Source: Armatimonadota bacterium
GTDB lineage: Bacteria; Armatimonadota; HRBIN16
Assembly: GCA_963677485.1 (NCBI GenBank)
Contig: OY781964.1
Coordinates: 544,001-608,000 of the forward strand
Length of the DNA: 64,000 bases
Direction of reading: 5' to 3'
Each line of letters opens with the position of its first letter. Position 1 is the first letter of the stretch. Of this stretch, positions 38,774 to 49,666 are shown piece after piece. Both the position numbers and the translations under genes were made by a program. The notes beneath the pieces are model-generated. The model saw only the letters and a list, made by a program, of their open reading frames with translations, was not told the DNA's origin and ran no database searches.

Positions 38774-38786
38774 GGAGGCAACCGAC

Positions 38787-40172
38787 ATGGAACGACCATC
38801 CACATATGGAACCTATGACCCAGCACCCTACAACCTGGACCTCTCCGTTTGGCCTGAGCTAGTGAGTTCAGAAATCCCAGGCCCGATGAGTAAAGAGATG
38901 CACTCGAAGGCATGCGAGTATATCAGGGGCCTGTCCGGACAGGTGAAACTCTTCCCCGTGGTGTTCGAAAGCGGCAAAGGCTGCACTCTGCAAGATGTAG
39001 ACGGCAACAAATACATCGACTTCTCCAGCGGCATCTATGTCACCACCCTGGGGCATTGCCATCCCAAAGTGTCTGAGGCAGTGGCCAAAGCGGCCAACAC
39101 CTTGATGAACGCCCATGACTTCACCACTCCCATCAAGATGAAGCTGCTAGAAAAGCTGATCGAAGTGCTGCCAGGTGACTTGAAAGGCGTCCAGTTGTAT
39201 GACTCCGGCACCACCGCCGTGGAGGCTGGCCTCCGGACCTGCCGCGCAGCCACTGGCAAGTACGAGTTCATCTCGTGCTTCAAAGATTTCCATGGCAAAA
39301 GTGGCCACTCGATGAGCCTGGCCAACATGACGCAGCTGAACGGGCATGGACGCTCTCAGGGCTTCTACATGGTGCCGCGGCCCGACACCTATCGGCCTTG
39401 GTGGACGCGTGAAGACGGCTCCATCGATACCGAAAAGTATCTGGAGTTCTACGACGCATACATCAAGAACGGCACCACCAATCAGATTGCGGCATTCGTG
39501 CTGGAGCCCATCCAGGGCTGGGGCGGTTCGATCATGCCTCCGGACGACTTCTTCCCGAAACTCTCCGTTTTCTGTAAAGAGCGCGGCATTCTGTTGTTCG
39601 CAGATGAGGTGCTCACAAGCTGGGGCCGCACCGGTAAATACCTGTGCATGGAGCACTGGGGTGTGGTTCCCGACGTAGTCACTCTGGGCAAGGGCTTTGG
39701 CAACGGCTTCCCTGTGACCGCGATGGTCGTGCGTGAGGAGTATGCCGACGCGGTGGACAAGATCAGCGCCTCCACAAGCTATGGCGGTAACCCGATGGCC
39801 TGTGCTGCAGCTCTGGCCTCCATTGAAGTGATCGAAGAAGAGGGTCTGCTGGCGCACGCGAAGGAGCTGGAAGATATCTTCCGCGCGAAGATGGCCGATT
39901 GGACCACCAAATACGCCATCGTGGGCGATTGCCGCGTGAAGGGCTGCTTGATGGGTGTGGAGCTTGTGAAAGACAAGGCCACCAAGGAGCCATTCGACGA
40001 AGCCGGCAAGCTGGTTTACCAAGCCGCCTTCCGCAAGGGTCTTGCCTGGATCCCCGCCGGTCACATTCTGCGCATGAGCCCCCCGATCATCATGCCAAAC
40101 GAGGTGGCGATCAAGGCAATGGACATCATCGAGGAGTCGATCGCTGAAGTCCAGGCGAAACTGGGGTATTAA
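38787..40172 (+). CDS. Class III PLP-dependent aminotransferase
   Basis: DVDGNKYIDF, LGHCHP, FHG, EPIQG.GG, ADEV, TLGKG, SYGGNP; ATG 38787 after GAGGAGG. Confidence 0.93.
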   Translation: MERPSTYGTYDPAPYNLDLSVWPELVSSEIPGPMSKEMHSKACEYIRGLSGQVKLFPVVFESGKGCTLQDVDGNKYIDFSSGIYVTTLGHCHPKVSEAVAKAANTLMNAHDFTTPIKMKLLEKLIEVLPGDLKGVQLYDSGTTAVEAGLRTCRAATGKYEFISCFKDFHGKSGHSMSLANMTQLNGHGRSQGFYMVPRPDTYRPWWTREDGSIDTEKYLEFYDAYIKNGTTNQIAAFVLEPIQGWGGSIMPPDDFFPKLSVFCKERGILLFADEVLTSWGRTGKYLCMEHWGVVPDVVTLGKGFGNGFPVTAMVVREEYADAVDKISASTSYGGNPMACAAALASIEVIEEEGLLAHAKELEDIFRAKMADWTTKYAIVGDCRVKGCLMGVELVKDKATKEPFDEAGKLVYQAAFRKGLAWIPAGHILRMSPPIIMPNEVAIKAMDIIEESIAEVQAKLGY

Positions 40173-40176
40173 TGAA

Positions 40177-41334
40177 TTGAGAACGGTGAAGTTCGGGATC
40201 ATTGGCTGCGGGCTCATGGGCAGGGAGCTCGCCAGCGCCACCGCACGCTGGTGCCACCTGCCCGGCATGGACGTGCGTCCTGAGCTGGTCGCCGTCTGCT
40301 CCAGAAGCGAGTCATCGCGCGCCTGGTTCACCGACAACTTCAGCTCGGTCAAACAGTCCACTCCCGATTACAGGGAGCTGCTGGCAAACCCCGATGTGGA
40401 GCTGGTGTATTGCGCGGTGCCTCACAACCTGCATCAGCAGTTCTACTGCGACATCATCGCGGCGGGTAAGCATCTGCTGGGTGAGAAGCCCTTTGGCATC
40501 GATCAGGCTGCGAACACCGCGATACTGGAGTGCATCGCGGCCCATCCGAATGTGTTCGTGCGCTGTTCGTCCGAGTTTCCCTTCGTACCCGCCGTCCAGC
40601 GGATGTGCAACATGATCGAGGCCGGTGAGATCGGCGAGATCATCGAGGTCAACGCGGGCTTCAAGCATTCCAGCGACTTGGACGCCAGCAAGCCCATCAA
40701 CTGGAAGCGCATCATCGAGTTCAACGGCGAGTATGGCTGCATGGGCGACTTGGGCATGCATGTGTGCCATGTGCCGTTCCGTGCGGGCTGGCTGCCCAGG
40801 AATGTGCGGGCGGTGCTGTCCAACCTGGTGCCTGAGCGGCCAGACGGCAAGGGCGGAGTAACCCCCTGTGAAACCTGGGACAACGCCACGCTGCTGTGCG
40901 AGGCGGAGAACCCCGCAACCGGCCACAGCTTCCCGCTCACCATCAAGACCCAGCGAATCGCGCCGGGTGAAAAAGACACCTGGTACTGCGAAGTGATCGG
41001 GATGCGCAAGAGCGTGAAATACTCGTCGAAGAACACCAATTCGATTCAGATACTAGACTATTCGCAAGGTGGCGAGCAGGCCTGGCAGCAGATCGACATG
41101 GGGCATGAGACCGCTTTCAAGAGCATCACCGGCGGGATTTTTGAGTTCGGGTTTTCCGATTCAATGCTTCAGATGTGGGCGGCATTCCTCTACGAGCTGG
41201 CGCATGGCCAGCCTTTGAAGCGGTTTGCAGGATGCGTCACGCCGGAGGAGACCGCGCTGAGCCACCGCCTCTTCACCGCGGCACTGCAATCGCACCGCGA
41301 GAGCAGCACGGTGAAGATCGAGACCGAATATTAA
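40177..41334 (+). CDS. Gfo/Idh/MocA-family oxidoreductase
   Basis: GIIGCGLMG, GKHLLGEKP, DLGMH. Confidence 0.92.
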   Translation: MRTVKFGIIGCGLMGRELASATARWCHLPGMDVRPELVAVCSRSESSRAWFTDNFSSVKQSTPDYRELLANPDVELVYCAVPHNLHQQFYCDIIAAGKHLLGEKPFGIDQAANTAILECIAAHPNVFVRCSSEFPFVPAVQRMCNMIEAGEIGEIIEVNAGFKHSSDLDASKPINWKRIIEFNGEYGCMGDLGMHVCHVPFRAGWLPRNVRAVLSNLVPERPDGKGGVTPCETWDNATLLCEAENPATGHSFPLTIKTQRIAPGEKDTWYCEVIGMRKSVKYSSKNTNSIQILDYSQGGEQAWQQIDMGHETAFKSITGGIFEFGFSDSMLQMWAAFLYELAHGQPLKRFAGCVTPEETALSHRLFTAALQSHRESSTVKIETEY

Positions 41335-41340
41335 CCCGGT

Positions 41341-43976
41341 GTGATAGGCAGCAACCCATATGATTGGCGGACCAATTTGAAGTATCTTGGCTGCGTGTTA
41401 CTGATTTGCGTGATGGCGTCTGTGAGCAAAGGTGGTGTGATGGCTGCGAATACCAACCCGTCGGCTCCATTCATCAACTCCTGGCTGGTGATTGGCACGT
41501 TTGAGAATGACACATCGAACTCAGGTTTCGATACTGACATCGTTGGTGAATCGCAAATCGCACCGAGTGCTCAGATGGTCACTGCGGGGAAAACATGGCG
41601 GTATTTCGACGACCGCCTGTTTAGCCGCAACTACGACGACTACCAGGACCTATTCAGCTACTTCAAAACCAAGAGACATGAGTCGGTGGCCGCCAGGGTG
41701 GCCTACGCCCATGTGTATGTTTACACTCCCAGGCCTCAGCAGGGCGAGTTACGCCTTGGCGCGAACAATGAAGTCAAGGCATGGGTGAACGGCAAACTGG
41801 TCGCGTCATCGGACGTTCCAACGCCCTATCGTGACACACTGAAGTCTGTAATCACACTAGACACCGGCTGGAACCGGCTGTTACTCAAAATCGTCAACAA
41901 GCAAAATGGACGGTTTGGGTTCTACGCCAGAATCTGTGACGTCAACGGAAAGGCCTTGTCCAACCTCACCTACAGCCCAGGCGGCGGATCTGGCACCCTT
42001 GCGATCTGCACGCAGGCGATGAATGATATCGGGTCGGCTACCATGCCCGCCGCATTCCGGGAGTGGCCATATGTCGAGGCTGATCCAGTGAATGCGGTGA
42101 GCAAGCGAAATCAGCAGCTCATCAGCGGCCACACGGACATCGTGCTCCACGCCTCGCCCTTCCAGTTTACGGCTCAGGGCGGCACCCCACCATATAGATG
42201 GCGTCTGCTCTCCGGTAGTCTGCCACCCTGTCTACGTCTGGGTAAAGACGGCACCATATCTGGTACGGCAGCATATGATGCCAAGCTGGTGAACTATGAG
42301 TTCAAGCTTCAGGTTACCGACGCCAATGGTCACGTGGCCTCACGAATTCTGACCATCAAACTGAATGAACGTCCCAATAGATGGTATGAAGCTGCGAAGC
42401 TGGTGGGACTGATTCACGGCCCCGAGAAAGTGGCCGATGACCAGATCCCCCGATTGGCCAGCCTCATGAAATCCGAAGGTTACGGTGTGGGTATCCCCAT
42501 ATCCTACGACAACGGTGACTTTGAATTCCGCTGGCCTTCGAGCTTCGACCCTGGCCGCGCAGATACCATCGGAAAGTACAAAGCGGCACTGGAAGCGCAC
42601 GGCCTGAAGTTCGGCATGTATATGGGCAACATCGCAGGACCCAACGTGAGAACCAACAACGGGATTCTGATGGTGGAAGAGGCGATGCGCAGATACCATC
42701 CCAAGGTGCTGTGGTTTGACTGGGGGGCGGATGTTTCGGGCTATGAATCGATCGATGCCCTCTACTCGATGGTGAAGAGCATCGACCCTGAGACGGTGAT
42801 CGTTAAGAACGGCTTTCAATTGCTCTACCATGGCGACTGGGATGTGCTCAGCCTTGAAGGTTTCTGGGCCTGGGGCAAGTATTACTGGAGCATCTGGCCC
42901 AGTGAGCTGGCCTGGCCGAAAAAGAGCGTGGTCGAAAGCTGGCGTCTGATCACGGATCCAAATGGGAGTCTGCCAAAGATATCAACCCCGATTGGAAGAT
43001 GTATATGCGGGTCGTCATCTCGATGATCGGTGAAGGCCAGGTCGCCAACCTCGACCACAGTGCCACGCTGGTATCCGGCCTGGAACGCGATGGGGTGCTG
43101 CACAAACTTGAGGAATCGCCAATTTCGGTCGCTCATTTCAACATGGCGGCATGGGCGAACCCTGCAGGTATGCCATCGCTTACCGAATCCTACACCCAGG
43201 TGGATCAGGGTCCACTGGATGGCAGTACATATGGTTACAACACCATTAACATGAGTCGCGACGCCATCTACATCCATATGCTCAAGAACCCGTTTGGCAG
43301 AACCGGCATGCCGACTAATAGCACACTAACGCTCACCAGATGCAAACAAAAAGTGAAGAGTGTGGTCTGGATGAACGGCAACCAGCCATTGAAGTTCGTG
43401 CAGACCGGCGGGAAGATCAGCATCAACCTGACGGGTGTGGCCGCCGACGAGATCGACACGATTTTGAAGATCAACATTCAAGCCGCGCATCCGCATGTTG
43501 CACTGAAGCCTTTTGTGCCCGCGCCTGTGGCGGTGGAGCCGCTGCTGCCGGCAGGGAACCTGGCCTATTGCAAGCCGGCGAAGCTACTCAGCAACGATGG
43601 CATCACCGAACTGGAAGCCAGCAGCGGCACATCCGAAGCGAGATGCGGTGTGGATGGCGACCCCGACACTGTGGCGCAGGGAGCCTGGGAGTGGGCCTGG
43701 ACATACCAGCTCGATCTATTGAAGAGCTACACCCTCCGCACAGTGCGGATACAGTTCGCGAAGACATGCTGGGCGACCGACTACAAGCTCTTGCTGTCAA
43801 AAGACGGCAAGGCTTGGAAAGAGGCTGCTCACATCACGGACGGCAAAGGCGGCACCGTGGTCCATGATCAGGACGGCATTTCAGCCCGCTATATACGGAT
43901 CACCGCATTGAAGCCTGATGGGCCCGGTCAGGAAGGTGCCCAAATGGGCATCGCAGAGTTTCAGGCTTACGAGTAG
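41341..43976 (+). pseudogene. GH29 alpha-L-fucosidase-like multidomain protein (Ig domain, catalytic barrel, F5/8 discoidin), frameshifted
   Basis: GGTPPYRW..LSGSLP Ig repeat; GLKFGMY and LWFDW (GH29-like nucleophile); C-terminal ARYIRIT..IAEFQAY. Adding one A at 42960-42962 gives DPKWESAKDINPDWKMY and joins the ORFs. Confidence 0.75.
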
Positions 43977-44010
43977 ACGCCCCACTTGCTGGTAGTGCCC
44001 GTTCACGGCA

Positions 44011-45552
44011 CTACCAGTCGTTTTGCAGCAGCCACAGGATACTGCCTATGGTCACAGGCTCATCGTCAAAGCCGCCATGGCAGGTCGATTTTGTGCTGGC
44101 TCCATCACCGCCGTCTACCTCTGACCAGACCATGCGATGCGAAGCGGCACTGAAGAAACCTCGAGCCCACTCCACGCCAGGATAGTGCGCGGCATCATAA
44201 CAGGCGGCGCGCACATAGTATCTCTGCATACCCAATAGTGGCTTGTCGCTTTCGTCCTCCAAAACACCTGAGACGAAGTAGAGCAGTGAGCTGGGGTATA
44301 CCACCCTGGCTATCGGTCCTATCACATCCTTAGCCATCGCGTCGGCCAGTTCGAGGGGGTCCTTCATCCCAAACAGGCGCACGCTGCCGACCTGGGCTGA
44401 GCATGTGGTCATCGCCCTCTTGAATTCATCGAAGCTGACGGCTGGTGCCAGTAGAATGATGTCAAACTTAACCTCGGCGGGAAGCACATTTTGAGCGGCC
44501 TTGAGGAAGTTGCAGATATAGATCGCACCTGTCGAGTGGCCCACAAGCGTGATCTTCGGTGCCTCTAGGCCGTCCTCTATGTGTTTCGCCAACCGGGACA
44601 GAAACTCACTGCCGCCAGGCTCCTGCCCGGGCACCACAACATCGGAAAAGGCGTCTGCCGTATCTTTCTTCATCTGGTCCCATAGAAGCTGTTTGCCAAT
44701 CTTGGCCACATAATAGGCTTTGTAAACCTCTTCGACTACCGTGGCATACAGCTTGTGGTCACGCCCTTTCAGATAGCGTTTGACCACCTCCAACAAAATC
44801 ATGGCGATCATTCCTATCGCACCCTGCAGCGACTTCTGCGGGATACCCTCAACACGAGACACACCCTTCAGCTCATCCAGAGTGTCGCGGTCCATCAAGC
44901 TCATATCGGGGCTCCAGGCCTCCCCTTCCAACAGCTTTCTGCTCTCATCTCTCGGGGTCAACCTGGCCAGCGCATCTTGAAACCGCTGGTCCTGTGCAAG
45001 GTCCTGCTCGATGAAGTCCATATCATCGGCGGTGAGTTCCGCTACGGAATCCGTGGGTTTGCCTGACGGCAGTATATCAAAGTCTTGCGAAGGCGGTTCG
45101 GCCAGCTCGTAGGCGAACCATCTGTCGATTTGGGTGGCGACCTGCTCGCTGTCGATCTGCATCGTCTCAGGCCTCAGGCCATCGGGTACCCCGAGCTTTC
45201 GTTTCGTGTACTCGGACACCTTGCGGATCAGTTCATGGAAGATGCTTTCGCTGGCGATGTCGTGCAGGTTGTTACACACCGTCTCCCACGGACCGGATTC
45301 CCAGACGAAGAACACCGGATAGGCCTTTGATTCAGAGTAGGGTTTTGTGAGCCCGTCCACAATCTTCTGGCCCAACTGATAGGAAACCAGCCCTCCATGA
45401 AAGTGGATCACCATGCGCTCAAGTCCGCTCTCCGAGTAGTTCTTGAGAAGCGCATCGATGTCTTCCGCCTGGGTGTCCGTCTTACTGGAGAACTTACCAT
45501 CCTCAAGATGGATGCAGTGCAACTTATCTAGCTTATCGCCCATAATCATCAT
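44011..45552 (-). CDS. Alpha/beta-hydrolase-fold protein
   Basis: HFHGGLV, YPVFFVWESG, TLVGHSTGA nucleophile elbow, LLAPA, HGGFDD. Confidence 0.75.
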   Translation of the reverse strand: MMIMGDKLDKLHCIHLEDGKFSSKTDTQAEDIDALLKNYSESGLERMVIHFHGGLVSYQLGQKIVDGLTKPYSESKAYPVFFVWESGPWETVCNNLHDIASESIFHELIRKVSEYTKRKLGVPDGLRPETMQIDSEQVATQIDRWFAYELAEPPSQDFDILPSGKPTDSVAELTADDMDFIEQDLAQDQRFQDALARLTPRDESRKLLEGEAWSPDMSLMDRDTLDELKGVSRVEGIPQKSLQGAIGMIAMILLEVVKRYLKGRDHKLYATVVEEVYKAYYVAKIGKQLLWDQMKKDTADAFSDVVVPGQEPGGSEFLSRLAKHIEDGLEAPKITLVGHSTGAIYICNFLKAAQNVLPAEVKFDIILLAPAVSFDEFKRAMTTCSAQVGSVRLFGMKDPLELADAMAKDVIGPIARVVYPSSLLYFVSGVLEDESDKPLLGMQRYYVRAACYDAAHYPGVEWARGFFSAASHRMVWSEVDGGDGASTKSTCHGGFDDEPVTIGSILWLLQNDW

Positions 45553-45913
45553 TACCTCCTTCCCATTTTACCTGTAGTCGACCGGCTGTAGTCATATTAC
45601 CCGTTTTCTACGCAGGCGCAGGCTGGCATTATTACGGGATTCGGGTTTTGTGGGGCAGACGTGGGGCGGAAGGTGGGGGCATGTGAACGCTGGATGTGGT
45701 GAGCGGGTTAGGCGAGATTGTGGATCCACGGTTCCGCGAACGACTATGTAGTGTCAATGTGTGCGTCATCCTGAGCGCGGCAGTTCTGCTATTTTTGGGT
45801 TTGAACAAATGGCCAGGGATTGCTTAAAACAGATCGGAAGTAGAGAGTCAATCAATATTCAAACCTTTGCTTGTATGGCTGTTCGCATATTCATATCCGG
45901 TTGTATAGGTACA

Positions 45914-48853
45914 TCACTGTAGCCTCGGATTTTGCTCGATAGGAAATCCAGGAGGCGTTGGTTTGAATTTACTAGATTCACGCTGAGCTTCAAAATCCCA
46001 TTTTTGAAATTGCCTAAGGGACTGAATGTCAATGGTGGTTGCTAGGAAGGTCGTATTATCTCCCCCTTTTATTGTTACCATGTCCATAGATTCTGTTCGT
46101 GTGGGCTGCAAAATTCTCGTATCACCGTATTTTGATGTATTTGCTTGCGCTATATAGCAATGCAAGTCTCGTACTGTTGACTCAACGATATTCGAAAAAT
46201 AATTAACATCGCGGTTCAATTCCGTTACAATTAACAAGTCGATTAGGCCCTTGAATTTACATCGGTCTGCTATATCTGCTAATTCATAACAATCAAATAA
46301 AGTGAAATATATGCCATGCCAATGCAGAAGCCAGTAATTCTCTTGAATGGTGGGAACCATCAGTCGATATTTGTGCTTAATGTCAAATACTTCAGCCGGT
46401 GCATAATGCCTTTTAAGACGATATACAGGAATACATGACCTATAACCTGATTCATCTTTGAATGGCATCAATGCAATTACTTCATTCCACACATATGTCT
46501 GTTCAACTCTGTATTCCAAGCCACCAACTAATCCGATTTGCTCTTTACGAGACCATGCATTTAGCGTTGGTAACCATGTTCGTGGAATGCTAAGCTCTGG
46601 AAAAACCACCACATCAATCCTATCGCCACTATGGTAGCGATACGACGATATCTGATTGAGTAACTTGTTTAGTTCTTTCAATCTGGTTTTGAATAACGTA
46701 TGATGATTGGACAGGCAGGTTAAAACTTCTTCATCATTCACATGCAGATTGACTATTGCTATGTTGATATTTTTAGGGGTTTTGTCTTTGTCCATGGAGA
46801 TAACACTGTATGATTCATGCTGGTTATCGGTGTGCGCATGCAGATATTTATACTTATGGATTTTTTCGTATGTGTCATGAGCGTACTGGTAAAGATCGAA
46901 GGTAATATTACTTTCTGATTGACAGCCTATTGATAGCCTTTGCATCTCGCGTCCAAAATGTACTAGTTCTTCAAAATGAATATACCTAGGCGTGTAATCA
47001 AGCTTAGTTTGGTTGAGTATGTTGATAGTCGGTATACCGTCGCCAATCAGTGATCCATCATAATCTGTATAGTTTAGTAGAGGACATCGAACATAGTGGT
47101 GTCGGATCATGTTAGATTTACGAAAATATTCCGCTATGGTCGTAGGGACCGCAGGAACAATGGCAGCCAATCCATATGCCATTGCTTCACAATGATTGAG
47201 GTGATGTAGTAAAAATGTGCTCACATTTGTAGCGATTGATTCATTTTTTATATGATCTATTTTACTAATTTCTTTGTGTATTAGGTCGGTAAACATTTTT
47301 AACGCGTTACGGTCATCTATTACGATGAAGAGCGTAATCACCTTTTCCCACAGATCGTAAAACTCAATGGAATTAGCCCCTTTAAAAAATGTTATAATGC
47401 CTCTTATTGAAGTTTGATCTGGTTTTTGGGAGGTATCCAAATAGAAACTGATTTGTTTGGCTAAATACACAGATACTTCATATCGATTTTCGCATATGCC
47501 TGTTACACTGCGGAACTTATTTTTAGATCCGTTGTACAACAAATCATATGCTGCCTCTTCCATAGATCGATCATCTTCATCAAGAGGTAATAACCTGAAT
47601 GCACTGGCATTGGCTTCAAGCTGCTGTTTGAATTTATTAAGCCCTGCAGAGGAGTAGTTTGCGTCGAAATATTGAACAACGAACTTGCTTGGCTGGAGCT
47701 TGATATTTCGATGTTTGGTTAAATGTAGAGATTTATTGCCGTCGCCATCATTACCTTAAAATACACCGCTGTGAAGCAGAATATCGTTTACTCTGTTACA
47801 GATTCCTAATGTGCTTGGGTCGTCTAGTGGGGGTAGCGAAAAAACCAATAGGATGTCATCTATATACCTGCCATAATACGCAGGCATGAGGTTGTGTAGA
47901 ATATCATTATCAAACTCTTTGAGGTACCAGTTGGCGAATATCGGTGAGCTTGGTAACCCGATGGGTAGCAAGCCAGCAAATTCTACATTATAAAATGTTT
48001 CTATGTCGACCTTAGCGACTTCCGAATATGCCTCATGTATAGCATTAACTAAATCGATTAGTCCACAAGTATCGGTATTTTTGGAACAACTTTCATCAAG
48101 CGCAGCTGTTCGCAAGGTCGCAATGATGTTTTTAAGTTTGGTAAAGTCCACATCAACATTATAGAAAAACTTCTCAATGTCGAGGCCAACGATGATGACA
48201 CTTTTTCGATCTTGTGATAATAATGACTGTGCTTTACTTATACCATTATCCCGCCAGTTTGAGTACAGTGGATGGTAGTTCCTGAATAATTTAGTTGAAT
48301 CATCATTATTCCCTAGACACTTGTCAAGTCGTGAACCATAGCATACCATCTCTGGTTCATCCAATAGATGATCTAGGAGAAATCCTTCCTCCATGATCCA
48401 TAAAACGCAAATGATATATAGTTCAATCGGTCCATCAAAGAAAAAATTAACATTATCGATGGCGTATGATTTGTCAGGATGCCGATTGCTGATACATTTC
48501 GGTTCATCTTTATCTTTAGTCCCACGATCTATGTCACCTTTGCTTTCCGTTGAATCTACAATATCTAGTCTATCTTCGCCATCATTCCCTGTGTCTATAC
48601 TTCTTACATTGCTTTTAGGAACAACCAAATATCGTATTTTCTCAAGCCAATCTATAAAACGCTGGTTCTTATTTGGATTCGATGAGTGCAGCACGCTATA
48701 GACATTCTTTAGCCTTATTTGAAGAGTTCCTTCGGTATCATCTATCTCAAATCTAGCTAGTTTCTCACGTAAATAAAGATTAGATTTTTCATAATAAACA
48801 AATTGCTTAAGCTTTTTATATGCTTGAATAACTCTATCTTGAGTAACTGACAA
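45914..48853 (-). pseudogene. Reverse transcriptase-nitrilase fusion (DRT1/UG1-like), in-frame TAA at 47756-47758
   Basis: RT motifs LDIEKFF, LPIGLPSSPIFANWYL..FD, YYGRYIDD. Nitrilase-like VVFPELS, RLKRHYAP.E, DCYELAD. The two ORFs are in one frame separated by a single TAA. TTG start at 48853 after AAGGAG. AT-rich. Confidence 0.88.
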
Positions 48854-48912
48854 ATGAAACTCCTTTTGGCTGCCACAAAATCGACAGCACAATCGTATTG
48901 ATCACATAGTTT

Positions 48913-49057
48913 TCATGTTTATCGATCTTATTGGCTCAGCCATGAACTCCTTACCATGACAGCCAGCATAGTCTAGGTTTCTCATAGATGATATACCTAA
49001 TGGTAGATAAACTAATGCCCTGACCGTTGGCTTAAGCTGTCATCGTTATAAACATGA
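48913..49057 (-). ncRNA. Candidate structured ncRNA upstream of the RT
   Basis: Perfect 10-bp outer IR tcatgtttat/ataaacatga; nested atgacagc/gctgtcat, gcatagt/actaatgc, taggt/accta. Confidence 0.4.
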
Positions 49058-49069
49058 GTCGATCCCTCC

Positions 49070-49387
49070 TTAGGCCGCATAGAGCTCCCGCCCTTCCGCA
49101 AGCACGGTGCGGTATATCAAGCCGATGTTATCCTTGTGCCGTTCCAGAAGCGAGGGTATTGTGACCAAGACGTCTACAGCGAATGGAATGCCGAAAAGCT
49201 TCGTATGGATATACCCAGCCACACCACGACGGTCGGTACCTTCGGGCATGACGACCAGCATGTCAATGTCGCTGTCCGCATCCATCTCACCACGAGCAGC
49301 CGAACCGAATAGAATGATGCGCTCGGGATGGACGGCATCAACTATTCGCTGCACTATCTGGTCTAGCTGGTCTTCTGTAGGGTTCAT
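49070..49387 (-). CDS. Minimal nucleotidyltransferase (MNT-type antitoxin)
   Basis: IILFGSAARG...DSDIDMLVV; ends EGRELYAA. Confidence 0.9.
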   Translation of the reverse strand: MNPTEDQLDQIVQRIVDAVHPERIILFGSAARGEMDADSDIDMLVVMPEGTDRRGVAGYIHTKLFGIPFAVDVLVTIPSLLERHKDNIGLIYRTVLAEGRELYAA

Positions 49388-49666
49388 TCCAATCCTCCTT
49401 CGGCAAGGCTGGAAATCGATCTGTTATGTACCCTATTATGGCTGGCCCAGCCAGATTCGTCAAGTCACAATAAGCTCAATCCCATGCCCATTTTCAAACC
49501 TTTAGCAATCAACTGGCACATTTGACACCAGTGCGCACAAACCCACTTGACTTTGGGTTTCGATATCCTGCATAGTTATGTTATATGCGAACCTGCAAGC
49601 ACTGATATCCGTGGTAAAAACAGTCCTTATCTATAGTGGCAGCGGTCTACCGCATGAGGAGAGAAT

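Noticed and set aside
39147-40361. Long antisense ORFs (404 aa here; also 8401..9438, 12694..13773, 55792..56784)
   Set aside because: They shadow well-supported genes on the opposite strand in GC-rich DNA and have no motifs.
45680-45715. Integron attC site (GTTAGGC core) downstream of the RT
   Set aside because: No convincing complementary core or L boxes, and no integrase in the window.
45914-48853. Group II intron or diversity-generating retroelement
   Set aside because: No maturase X domain, intron domain V or TR/VR repeat pair was seen, and the C-terminal domain is nitrilase-like.
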